Shown: piece after piece, positions 1 to 7,640 of the stretch
How positions within the stretch are numbered: position 1 is the first letter of the stretch
Layout of the letters: every line of letters begins with the position of its first letter
Virus record (IMG/VR): IMGVR_UViG_3300042509_001805
Location: 57,534 to 77,533 of that record
Strand: one strand, 5' to 3'
Length of the DNA stretch: 20,000 nucleotides
Source of the DNA: an uncultured virus (IMG/VR IMGVR_UViG_3300042509_001805)
Taxonomy: Duplodnaviria > Heunggongvirae > Uroviricota > Caudoviricetes
Position numbers and translations under genes: made by a program
Notes under the pieces: model-generated
What the model was told of the DNA's origin: nothing
The model's input: only the letters and a program-made list of their open reading frames with translations
Database searches by the model: none

Positions 1-301
1 GTTTAACAGAGCCGCAAAAGAGGAAAAGGAATGGGCATCTTATTTGTTTAAGAATGGCTCGATTATAGGTCTAAACGAAACTGTACTACATCAGTACATC
101 GACTGGCTTGTAATGTCAAGACGCAAAGCGATTGGATTGCCCTATGAAAATGTTGGCAAAAATCCAATTGCAGGATGGACAGAACACTGGATGAATAGTG
201 AGGCTGTTCAAGTTGCTCCGCAAGAACATGAAATTACCTCATACAAAATAGGAGCTAGTAAAAATGATCTTGACGACATAGATTTTGGAGGCGTGTTATG
301 A
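1..301 (+). CDS. nrdB: Ribonucleotide reductase class Ia beta subunit, 3' end (begins upstream of window)
   Basis: Frame is open from base 2: FNRAAKEEKEWASYLFKNGSIIGLN...VQVAPQEHEITSY. This matches the NrdB C-terminus (EKxWAxYLFxxGSxIGLN; VQVAPQE...SY). Confidence 0.93.
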   Translation, partial: FNRAAKEEKEWASYLFKNGSIIGLNETVLHQYIDWLVMSRRKAIGLPYENVGKNPIAGWTEHWMNSEAVQVAPQEHEITSYKIGASKNDLDDIDFGGVL

Positions 302-918
302 AAGCTCTGCAAAGAACTGCGTCTGTTTTGTTTCTATCTCTTGTTTCCGTTTTTTTAATTTGTTCGAGTATTTATAGTCAAACATGTTTTATAAGGTGTG
401 AACCAGACAAGGAAACCGGAGGCGGAGCTTGCGGATCTGGCTTTTTTATTTCAAAAAATGAAATTTTAACTGCGGCCCATGTAATAAATGACGCAAATAA
501 TGTTAGAATTGAATTTGATGGAAAGTATTTTAAAGCTTTCGTTGTTAGACAAGATGCCACTAAAGATTTAGCCCTTCTAAGAATAGAAGAAGAGCATGAT
601 AAATTTTATAAACTTAGTGACTCTTTCGGTAAAGCTGACCAAAAAGTAACTTGTTTTGGTTTTCCTAGAGGTGTTTGGACCTTGTATAAGTCAAGTGGTG
701 TTATTAAGGAAGTTAATAGCGTTACAAGAGATTCTAGATATAAAGACAATCCGAGGATGGAATATGCTGTATTAATGGAAGTTACGAATGGAATGTCTGG
801 AGGACCACTTCTTACTGAAGATAAAACCGTAATAGGGGTTTTAAGCAGCAAGAATATTATTGGCGAACCAAGAGCTAATTTTATTGCTCTTGAAGATATA
901 AAAAAGTTTCTTGACTAA
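298..918 (+). CDS. Trypsin-like (S1) serine protease with N-terminal signal/TM segment
   Basis: Catalytic triad motifs LTAAHV, DLALL and GMSGGP; GSGF motif; hydrophobic N-terminus; GGAGG RBS; ATGA overlap with the nrdB stop. Confidence 0.9.
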   Translation: MKALQRTASVLFLSLVSVFLICSSIYSQTCFIRCEPDKETGGGACGSGFFISKNEILTAAHVINDANNVRIEFDGKYFKAFVVRQDATKDLALLRIEEEHDKFYKLSDSFGKADQKVTCFGFPRGVWTLYKSSGVIKEVNSVTRDSRYKDNPRMEYAVLMEVTNGMSGGPLLTEDKTVIGVLSSKNIIGEPRANFIALEDIKKFLD

Positions 919-928
919 GTAAAATAAA

Positions 929-1014
929 GCGCGGGCCAAGTGGTTGGCAGTATTTAACTTAAATGACGATTAATGTTAAATACAGCAGTGCTGGTTCGAC
1001 TCCAGCCCCTCGCC
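929..1014 (+). ncRNA. tRNA-like structured RNA (non-canonical or pseudo-tRNA)
   Basis: T-arm GCTGG-TTCGACT-CCAGC (990-1006); acceptor GCGCGGG/CCCTCGC (929-935/1007-1013, one C-U mismatch); D-arm-like GCCAA-GTGG-TTGGC (935-948); long stem GTATTTAAC/GTTAAATAC (950-958/975-983); no encoded CCA. Confidence 0.7.
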
Positions 1015-1048
1015 TTTTTAATTTTAATTTTGATTTGAGGGAAAATTT

Positions 1049-1732
1049 ATGCAAAATAAAGTTGAACTTATGAGCCCTGATGGATATTATGGAAGCGATG
1101 AAATTATTGCTTGCAGTGCGTGGACTTCTACTAGTCGCGATTTAAATGATGAAAAGCGTGGCCGTATTGGTAAACTAATTAAGATGTTGTGGGAGAATGG
1201 GCATGAAACGCCTTTTGAAAAGGGGATTGTTCACTTTCTTGTGGATACAGATATTGCTACGCACATTCATTTACTCAAACATCGCATTAGCAGTATCAAT
1301 GCTGAGTCTGCACGGTATAAAGAACTAAAAGAAGATAAGTATTATCTACCGGAAGACTGGCGAGGCATAATGGCTAAAACAAACGCATTAGTAATTGGGG
1401 ATTCTAATGATGATAAAGACTGGATAAAATTACTAGAACAATATACTAATATAGGAAATAAGTTGTATCACGATTGTTTAAAAGATTTATCGCCCGTTCT
1501 TGGTCGCAAGCGAGCCAAAGAATCGGCCCGTTTCTTCAAAACATACAACAGTCAGATTCAGAGCGACATTATGTTTAATATGCGTAGCTTTGCTAATTTT
1601 CTAAAACTAAGACTATCTCCAAACGCACAACTTGAAATCCGCGAAATCGCTCAACAAATGTTGCATTTGGTTAAGAATATTGAAGGTAATCCATTTAAGT
1701 ACACTTTAGAAGCGTGGGGATATCAACAATGA
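1049..1732 (+). CDS. thyX: Flavin-dependent thymidylate synthase
   Basis: GHETPFE, KHRISSINAESARY (ThyX RHRx7S-xRY-like), KESAR, NMRSFANFLKLR and AQLEIR motifs; GAGGG RBS. Confidence 0.92.
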   Translation: MQNKVELMSPDGYYGSDEIIACSAWTSTSRDLNDEKRGRIGKLIKMLWENGHETPFEKGIVHFLVDTDIATHIHLLKHRISSINAESARYKELKEDKYYLPEDWRGIMAKTNALVIGDSNDDKDWIKLLEQYTNIGNKLYHDCLKDLSPVLGRKRAKESARFFKTYNSQIQSDIMFNMRSFANFLKLRLSPNAQLEIREIAQQMLHLVKNIEGNPFKYTLEAWGYQQ

Positions 1733-1874
1733 GCTACAATGAATTAATCAAAGAGTTGCAATCGTAACTATGGAAATTATGATAAATTTGGTTACGATAA
1801 AAAATCTACTCAAGATAACCACGAACCAGATTGTTTGCATCGACTGGCTAGTGAACTTTTAGAAGGAAAAGAAA

Positions 1875-2324
1875 ATGGACAGAAGAACTTTTAATAAATC
1901 AATTGCTGCCACTTATGGATTGGTTGCATTTCCGCAACTAATAGAAGAAAATAAGCAACCCGCTCAGCCGACTCTTAAAAACTTTAATATTAAACTTTCT
2001 TATGGGTACGAATTTAATGCTCCAGATATCGATATGGTGTTGACATATGGAGATATTGAGTTAGAATTTTATGTGTATAGCGTCGAATATAAATTTCCTA
2101 ATGTAGAGCCATTGATAGAATCATCGCTGGGTAAGAATCGTATTTATTACACACTTTTGAGTATTGACTTTTATCTCGATGGAATGAAAATCGATCCGCT
2201 TGATATCAACGATAAAGAAACAAAATATGAAGTAGTATTAAATATAACGGAAGATATAACCAAGAGAAAATGTGCAGTACTTCTACACGAAGTTGTTTTA
2301 AAAGAAAGGCGGCAGTTATGCTAG
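1875..2324 (+). CDS. Hypothetical protein with twin-arginine-like N-terminus
   Basis: 149-aa ORF with GAAGGA RBS; begins MDRRTFNKSIAATYGLVAFP. Confidence 0.7.
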   Translation: MDRRTFNKSIAATYGLVAFPQLIEENKQPAQPTLKNFNIKLSYGYEFNAPDIDMVLTYGDIELEFYVYSVEYKFPNVEPLIESSLGKNRIYYTLLSIDFYLDGMKIDPLDINDKETKYEVVLNITEDITKRKCAVLLHEVVLKERRQLC

Positions 2325-2980
2325 TTGTTGGTGATGTTCACGGAAAATTCAACGAATACTACAATCTTGTCAAAGATGCAAGATCTTCGTTTCAAATTGG
2401 AGATTTTGGATTTGGGCAAGCTTGGAATGCGCTTAATTATTCTGAACTTGACCACAAGTTTCATAAAGTTGGTCAGGGAAACCACGACCCACATGACTCG
2501 CTACATGGTGATGTTAAATATTGGACTGGACGTTATGGGCCAGTTAATGTTGACGGTCACAATATATTCTGGATTGGCGGCGCATTAAGTATCGATTTGG
2601 TTTATAGAGTTGCTGATTGGGTAAACAATAATAGAAATCCAGCCAGTCGCTCTTGGTGGGCTAACGAACAGCTTACATATCAAGAAATGCGCGATTGTGA
2701 AAAAAAATGGAAAAACAAAAAACCAACCGTGGTATTTAGTCATACTTGCCCAAGCTCTATTATATTAAATCATTTCAATGGAAATAAGGGTACTAATATA
2801 ATGGATACTTACGGATGGGGTTCTGGCTATACCGATATGACCAGTCAATTCCTAGAGCATTTGTGGGGCATTCACAAGCCTGATTTATGGATCTTTGGAC
2901 ACTTTCATAAATCGTGGAATCAAGTTATAGACGGAACAGAATTTCGCTGTTTAGCAGAACTGGAAACTTTTAGTTTATAG
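2318..2980 (+). CDS. Calcineurin-like metallophosphoesterase
   Basis: GDVHG, GDFG, GNHD, SHTCP and GHFH motifs. Start moved to ATG 2318 (MLVVGDVHG), which follows AAGGCGG. Confidence 0.9.
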   Translation: MLVVGDVHGKFNEYYNLVKDARSSFQIGDFGFGQAWNALNYSELDHKFHKVGQGNHDPHDSLHGDVKYWTGRYGPVNVDGHNIFWIGGALSIDLVYRVADWVNNNRNPASRSWWANEQLTYQEMRDCEKKWKNKKPTVVFSHTCPSSIILNHFNGNKGTNIMDTYGWGSGYTDMTSQFLEHLWGIHKPDLWIFGHFHKSWNQVIDGTEFRCLAELETFSL

Positions 2981-2989
2981 GAATTTTAA

Positions 2990-3061
2990 ATGGAAATGAT
3001 AGTTGCTTTATTTTTAGTTTGTTTTATGTTTGAATTTTTTTGTATGATCACTGATCAATGA
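2990..3061 (+). CDS. Small hydrophobic peptide (23 aa, MEMIVALFLVCFMFEFFCMITDQ)
   Basis: Fills the gap between two genes; AGGA 7 nt upstream; too short for the ORF track. Confidence 0.45.
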   Translation: MEMIVALFLVCFMFEFFCMITDQ

Positions 3062-3068
3062 GGTAAAA

Positions 3069-3383
3069 ATGAACCCTTATGACATAATAACTAGTATTTT
3101 TTCAAAAGACGGTTTTTCAAATGAATTATTTTCTGTAAAGTTCAAAGACTCTATAAATGTAAAGATAGAGCAAAATAAAGAAGGCTTTTTAGTGTCCTTT
3201 ATTGATAGCAAGCCTACAATAAAAGTAAACAAATACGTTTCGTTGTCTTTGACTGTTAATTCAATCCTTCTAAGAAAAAATAGTGGAGTTTTTCAAATCG
3301 ATTATTTCCCAGATATTCCTTTTAGATACGATTGGATTTTTGGTGAAAATAACCCAGAAGGAGAATCAAATGAATTACAATAA
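3069..3383 (+). CDS. Hypothetical protein
   Basis: 104-aa ORF with GAGG RBS, in operon context. Confidence 0.7.
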   Translation: MNPYDIITSIFSKDGFSNELFSVKFKDSINVKIEQNKEGFLVSFIDSKPTIKVNKYVSLSLTVNSILLRKNSGVFQIDYFPDIPFRYDWIFGENNPEGESNELQ

Positions 3384-3678
3384 TTTGCACGATGAAATAA
3401 ATGCTAAATATGCAAATAGTCCTAGCAGGAAAAAATTAGCTGAAAAATGTTTAGAAAAAGCAAAAGAGTGGCTGGATAATTTTTCTGACGAAAACGACAT
3501 TTCAAATTTGACCAATGTCGATATCAAAAAAATGAAGCGCGAATGTACAGCTTATGTCAAAAAAAACGTTGATACAGGTGAAGAGCGTAAAATTTACGGC
3601 TCAGTTTTGCTTATGATTATTATGGGGGCGATTGTTTCTTGGTTAGTACAAAGACTTTTGGATGAACTTTTCGATTAA
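3370..3678 (+). CDS. Hypothetical protein with C-terminal transmembrane helix
   Basis: Start moved to ATG 3370 after GGAG; C-terminal SVLLMIIMGAIVSWLV is hydrophobic. Confidence 0.7.
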   Translation: MNYNNLHDEINAKYANSPSRKKLAEKCLEKAKEWLDNFSDENDISNLTNVDIKKMKRECTAYVKKNVDTGEERKIYGSVLLMIIMGAIVSWLVQRLLDELFD

Positions 3679-3689
3679 AGGTAAAAATA

Positions 3690-3992
3690 ATGAATAATCT
3701 TGAAGACTATATTTCTAAAGTTAAACAATGGCATTATGACAGAAATCTCATCGAAGGAAGCAGTGATAAAGATCAAACTTTGAAACTGCTACAAGAACTT
3801 GGAGAACTGTCCGATAGTGTTTGCAAGGGAAACGATATTCGTGACGATATTGGAGATATGTTAGTAGTTTTAATCAATATTGCTGAACGAAATAAGCTAA
3901 ATCTTGAGGAGTGTTTGGCTAAGGCTTGGGATGATATCAAGGATAGAAAAGGAAGAATGGTTGATGGTATTTTTGTTAAAGACGTTAATTAA
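3690..3992 (+). CDS. mazG: MazG-like nucleotide pyrophosphohydrolase
   Basis: KLLQELGEL...DDIGDMLVVL...CLAKAWDDIKDRKG...DGIFVK, typical of the short phage MazG-like family. Confidence 0.85.
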   Translation: MNNLEDYISKVKQWHYDRNLIEGSSDKDQTLKLLQELGELSDSVCKGNDIRDDIGDMLVVLINIAERNKLNLEECLAKAWDDIKDRKGRMVDGIFVKDVN

Positions 3993-4049
3993 CAATAAAA
4001 AATGCGTATAGTATTTTGTATCCAGTAATTAGAACTTTAGTACAACCAT

Positions 4050-5042
4050 ATGCCAAACCCATTTATACCCCCGAATAATAGAATTTTTTATGCTTGTCAA
4101 GCCATACTGTTAGATGGCGTATACTTTGAGGGTGTGCAAAGCGCTGGAGTAAACTGGGATTTAACAACAGAAATGCTGTTAGATAATACCAAAATAAGAC
4201 AGCAAAAACATAGGTTTGGAAAACAGTCATATACAGTTACCATTTCTAGGGTTATTCCTAGAAGTGGTTCTTTTTTTTATTCATCTGCAACCCATCCATT
4301 ATTGACAACCCTAAAAGGACCAATTCCTCCCACAAAAGATATATCTTTGATTTATGGTCCAGATAGTCAGTCTCATATAAGTAAAAATGACCAAACTATA
4401 TCAAAAATTACTTACAATGATTCAATACTGACCTCTATTTCATATAGCATAAAAATTGATGGTCCAATAACTGAAAATTTGACCTTTCAAAGTCATTCTT
4501 ACACCAAGTCTAATGATACTATAAATTTAAATTCTACGCTGCCACAAAATGGGGCAACTATAAGAAGACAGGATATTTCTTTTAGCGGTGGCTCGGCATC
4601 GACACTTCCAACAGAAGTTTTAAACGCTTTCAATATAGGTAATTCTATTGATGGAAAACCTGTGTATGGTCTTCAGTCAATCGAAATTAATATAGAAATG
4701 AATTACAGAGATTTGCTGGACAATGGAACTTGGAATAGAAGTAGCGGAACAAAACAATTCAAACTTGTAGAAGTTCCAATTTCTGTAACTTCTTCTTTTA
4801 TAGGTGTTATGCGATCACATTATGACGAAAGTCGCCCAAACATAGACCCAAGTTATTACGACACAAATAGAACTATAGATTTAAAAGCAGTTGTTGATGG
4901 ATCTGTTTTTAGATGGAATTTAGGAACCGACAATTATTTAACTGGTTTCGATTTCTCTGGTGGAGATACGGAGGGTGGAAATGTAGAAGCTACTCTTAGT
5001 TATCAGAATGACAGCAGTGATTTTTATTTTACAAAGTCATAA
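4050..5042 (+). CDS. Putative virion structural protein (tail-tube-like, internally duplicated)
   Basis: 330 aa, S/T/N/G-rich with alternating beta-strand patterns; internal repeat at aa 21-46 vs 200-225. The ORF is secure but the function is inferred. Confidence 0.5.
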   Translation: MPNPFIPPNNRIFYACQAILLDGVYFEGVQSAGVNWDLTTEMLLDNTKIRQQKHRFGKQSYTVTISRVIPRSGSFFYSSATHPLLTTLKGPIPPTKDISLIYGPDSQSHISKNDQTISKITYNDSILTSISYSIKIDGPITENLTFQSHSYTKSNDTINLNSTLPQNGATIRRQDISFSGGSASTLPTEVLNAFNIGNSIDGKPVYGLQSIEINIEMNYRDLLDNGTWNRSSGTKQFKLVEVPISVTSSFIGVMRSHYDESRPNIDPSYYDTNRTIDLKAVVDGSVFRWNLGTDNYLTGFDFSGGDTEGGNVEATLSYQNDSSDFYFTKS

Positions 5043-5061
5043 TTCCGTAAAGGAAAAATAA

Positions 5062-5730
5062 ATGGCGAAAAAAAGGCAGGCGCAAAAACAATCAGTAAGA
5101 CCTTCTCGTAAAACATTAAAACCAAAAACAAAAAATCAAGAAAATTACATTATAGCTATGGCAGAATCAGACATAACATTTTGTTCTGGTCCAGCCGGAT
5201 CTGGTAAAACTGCGGTTGCAGTTGGTTTAGCTTGTGAATATATTCTTGCAAATAAAGTTGAAAAAATAGTTATAACTCGACCTGTTGTTGAATCTGGTAG
5301 AGGTCTTGGGTTTTTACCGGGAACTTTAACCGAAAAAGTACAACCGTATTTAGTTCCAATAATCGAAGAAATGAAACTATATCTTGGTATAGACACATAC
5401 AATTTAATGCGGGCTTCAAATATAATAGAGATTTGCCCACTAGAATATATGCGCGGAAGAAATTTTCATAATACATTTATGATTCTAGACGAAGGTCAAA
5501 ATGCTACATTCGAGCAAATAAAAATGTTTTTAACTAGAATAGGAATAAACTCCAAGGCTATAGTAAATGGCGACCTAGATCAAACTGATTTAAGAGGCGG
5601 TGATTACGGCGGGTTACATGAATGCATGAAACTTTTAGATGACTTAGAGGGTGTAGCTATTTGCAAACTCGATTATTCAGATATTGTTAGAAACGGAATA
5701 ATATCAAGGGTTTTAAGTAGACTGCGTTAA
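5062..5730 (+). CDS. phoH: PhoH-family ATPase
   Basis: GPAGSGKT, TRPVVE, LGFLPG, YMRGRNF, ILDEGQN, TRIG, GDLDQTD and DIVR motifs. Confidence 0.95.
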   Translation: MAKKRQAQKQSVRPSRKTLKPKTKNQENYIIAMAESDITFCSGPAGSGKTAVAVGLACEYILANKVEKIVITRPVVESGRGLGFLPGTLTEKVQPYLVPIIEEMKLYLGIDTYNLMRASNIIEICPLEYMRGRNFHNTFMILDEGQNATFEQIKMFLTRIGINSKAIVNGDLDQTDLRGGDYGGLHECMKLLDDLEGVAICKLDYSDIVRNGIISRVLSRLR

Positions 5731-5753
5731 CATTAGATTTTTTGTGTTTTATG

Positions 5754-5794
5754 GGCTGCTTTGTATTACTATAAATACAGCAGCCTTTATTTTT
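5754..5794 (+). terminator. Intergenic hairpin plus T-tract (possible intrinsic terminator or regulatory site), containing TATAAATA
   Basis: GGCTGC-TT-TGTATT-ACTATA-AATACA-GCAGCC (5754-5785) followed by TTTATTTTT. Confidence 0.55.
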
Positions 5795-5807
5795 GATAGG
5801 ATGGAAA

Positions 5808-6161
5808 ATGCCAACTTACGATTTTGAATGCGAGCCGTGCGCCTATATCACGGAAATAAGACAAAGTGCCAGTGAACCAAATATATTGAAATGTCCAATT
5901 TGCGAACAGGAAACGCTTAAAAAAGTTTTTATCTCCGCTCCAACTGTATTCGTTCGCGGAGAACCAACAACGATAGGCCAATTAGCAGAACGAAATACAA
6001 GCAAAATTGGCAAATATGAGCTAGAAACTAAAAGAGAAAGTGATAAAATTCAAACCGCTGTAAGCGAAGAAGTAAAAAAGAAAAGAAAAGAACATAGAGC
6101 AATTCAGTCAATGACGCCAGAACAACAAGTTAAATATATAAAAACTGGGGAAATGCCTTGA
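5808..6161 (+). CDS. FmdB-family zinc-ribbon protein
   Basis: MPTYDFECEPC...KCPIC...LKKVFISAP matches the MPxYxYxCxxC...CPxC pattern; start set at ATG 5808. Confidence 0.8.
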   Translation: MPTYDFECEPCAYITEIRQSASEPNILKCPICEQETLKKVFISAPTVFVRGEPTTIGQLAERNTSKIGKYELETKRESDKIQTAVSEEVKKKRKEHRAIQSMTPEQQVKYIKTGEMP

Positions 6162-6457
6162 ATCCATACGAAGCAAAATTTACTGAACTACTGAAAAAAC
6201 ATTACGAGTCAGTAACTCAACAAATAACAGAAAAACCTAGAAAAACAAATCCTCATATTGCAGTTTTGACATTCAAAATTGATGTTCGCGAGCTAGATAA
6301 TCAAGGTATTATGGGAGAATCTATTTTGAGCAAGTCGGAATTATTGAAATATGGAATGAGTAATAAAGCACAAATTTTGATCAAAGGCGAAACAGAAGCT
6401 GATTGTATAAAAAAAGTAAAAGACATATTGGAGAATATAGATGCAAAATCCAGATGA
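6158..6457 (+). CDS. Hypothetical protein
   Basis: 99-aa ORF; TTG start overlaps the upstream stop (TTGA). Confidence 0.65.
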   Translation: MNPYEAKFTELLKKHYESVTQQITEKPRKTNPHIAVLTFKIDVRELDNQGIMGESILSKSELLKYGMSNKAQILIKGETEADCIKKVKDILENIDAKSR

Positions 6458-6803
6458 TGAAGTTTTATTTAAAGAAATGGGAATACCAGATCCAATACAA
6501 ACAAAAGTCACATTCTTTGGCAAGGCGGCAAAAGAGTGCGAAGAATACTCATCGCTTGCTAAAAAGGTTGAAGTTAAATATAGTGTAACTGATTTGCAAT
6601 ACCACTACTTCGTAAGGGTTGGTCGCGGAGAGTTAATAGACCCATATGAAGCAAATTCAAATTTAAGCAGAAAGCATGTTTCTGAAATGTTTTCCTATAG
6701 AAAAGTTAGTGAAAGAGTTTTCAACTCTTTTTTGAAATATTTGGAAACTAAAAACAGAATACATTTTACTACGGCACGAAGACTTTTATTATCGGAGAGA
6801 TGA
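6441..6803 (+). CDS. Hypothetical protein
   Basis: 120-aa ORF with GGAG RBS. Confidence 0.75.
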   Translation: MQNPDDEVLFKEMGIPDPIQTKVTFFGKAAKECEEYSSLAKKVEVKYSVTDLQYHYFVRVGRGELIDPYEANSNLSRKHVSEMFSYRKVSERVFNSFLKYLETKNRIHFTTARRLLLSER

Positions 6804-6804
6804 A

Positions 6805-7122
6805 ATGAAAAAGGGACCATTATCTGGAGAAGACAAAGAATATATCAAAACAAACTACAAAGGTTTGCAAGTTACTGTAATGGCCGAGAAGCTAAAACGG
6901 TCCTTGCCTATTGTTCAAAAATTTGTAGATGAACTATATTCCCAAGAGCCAAAAACCCCAGAAGCAACAGATGCCCAGAATCTTTACGCGCGCAAGCCAG
7001 AACGCGGAGTTGTTGTTTCAACTCAAGCGGCCTCTATGGCGGCAGATGAATCAAAAGAAAAGAAAGACCCCAGTAAAATTAGTCCAAGATACGATAAATT
7101 CATTCATAAGATAAAGAAATGA
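6805..7122 (+). CDS. Hypothetical protein with possible N-terminal helix-turn-helix
   Basis: LSGEDKEYIKTNY...VTVMAEKLKRSLPIVQKFV resembles an HTH; GGAG RBS. Confidence 0.65.
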   Translation: MKKGPLSGEDKEYIKTNYKGLQVTVMAEKLKRSLPIVQKFVDELYSQEPKTPEATDAQNLYARKPERGVVVSTQAASMAADESKEKKDPSKISPRYDKFIHKIKK

Positions 7123-7640
7123 GAACAGAAGTTTGTACAAATTTTGATGATTACATGCATTGTTTATGTCATGTAAAAATAAACATGAGTTGGACAGCCG
7201 AAATGCAAAATGGCTTGACAATTTACGGTGACTATGAACGCCCAGACTATCTCGACTGCTGGACAAGATTCAAGAACTATTGCGAAGAAAATAAAGTAGT
7301 TCCAGTTAGAATAAAACTGTATATGTTCGGCATGAAAGAGTTTATTTTTTTTGAAGACCCCAATGGACTAGATGGCTTTTCAATATGTAGGGGATGCTCA
7401 AGAGATCAATCTTTGAGTGGAGAGTTTAGAGATTTTCAGTTTTTAACAGTGTCGCTTTTGAGGGATGAGTGTGATTATATCAATGTCAGAAAGTTTGCTT
7501 GGCCGGAAACAGCTTTTGAAGAAGCTGAAAGCGTAAGGTTGATAACACAAAATAACATTGAACACATGATATTTAAACATGACTCAGAAAAAGCAAAACA
7601 CGAAGAAGTTCAGCAGTATCTCAACAGGGCAACCATGTAG
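7119..7640 (+). CDS. Hypothetical protein
   Basis: 173-aa ORF; ATGA overlap with the upstream stop. Confidence 0.75.
   Translation: MRTEVCTNFDDYMHCLCHVKINMSWTAEMQNGLTIYGDYERPDYLDCWTRFKNYCEENKVVPVRIKLYMFGMKEFIFFEDPNGLDGFSICRGCSRDQSLSGEFRDFQFLTVSLLRDECDYINVRKFAWPETAFEEAESVRLITQNNIEHMIFKHDSEKAKHEEVQQYLNRATM

Noticed and set aside
911..940. Sigma70 promoter from TTGACT at 911-916
   Set aside because: No -10 element at 16-18 bp spacing (the sequence there is GGCCAA).
950..983. Canonical tRNA with an anticodon-loop intron, or a suppressor/Sec tRNA
   Set aside because: With the GTATT/AATAC stem, no single 17-nt excision gives a 7-nt loop with U33. No bulge-helix-bulge or group I core is present, and there is no UCA or CUA anticodon.
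929..1014. True tmRNA (ssrA)
   Set aside because: No G3-U70 alanine determinant, no A discriminator or CCA, and no room for a tag ORF.
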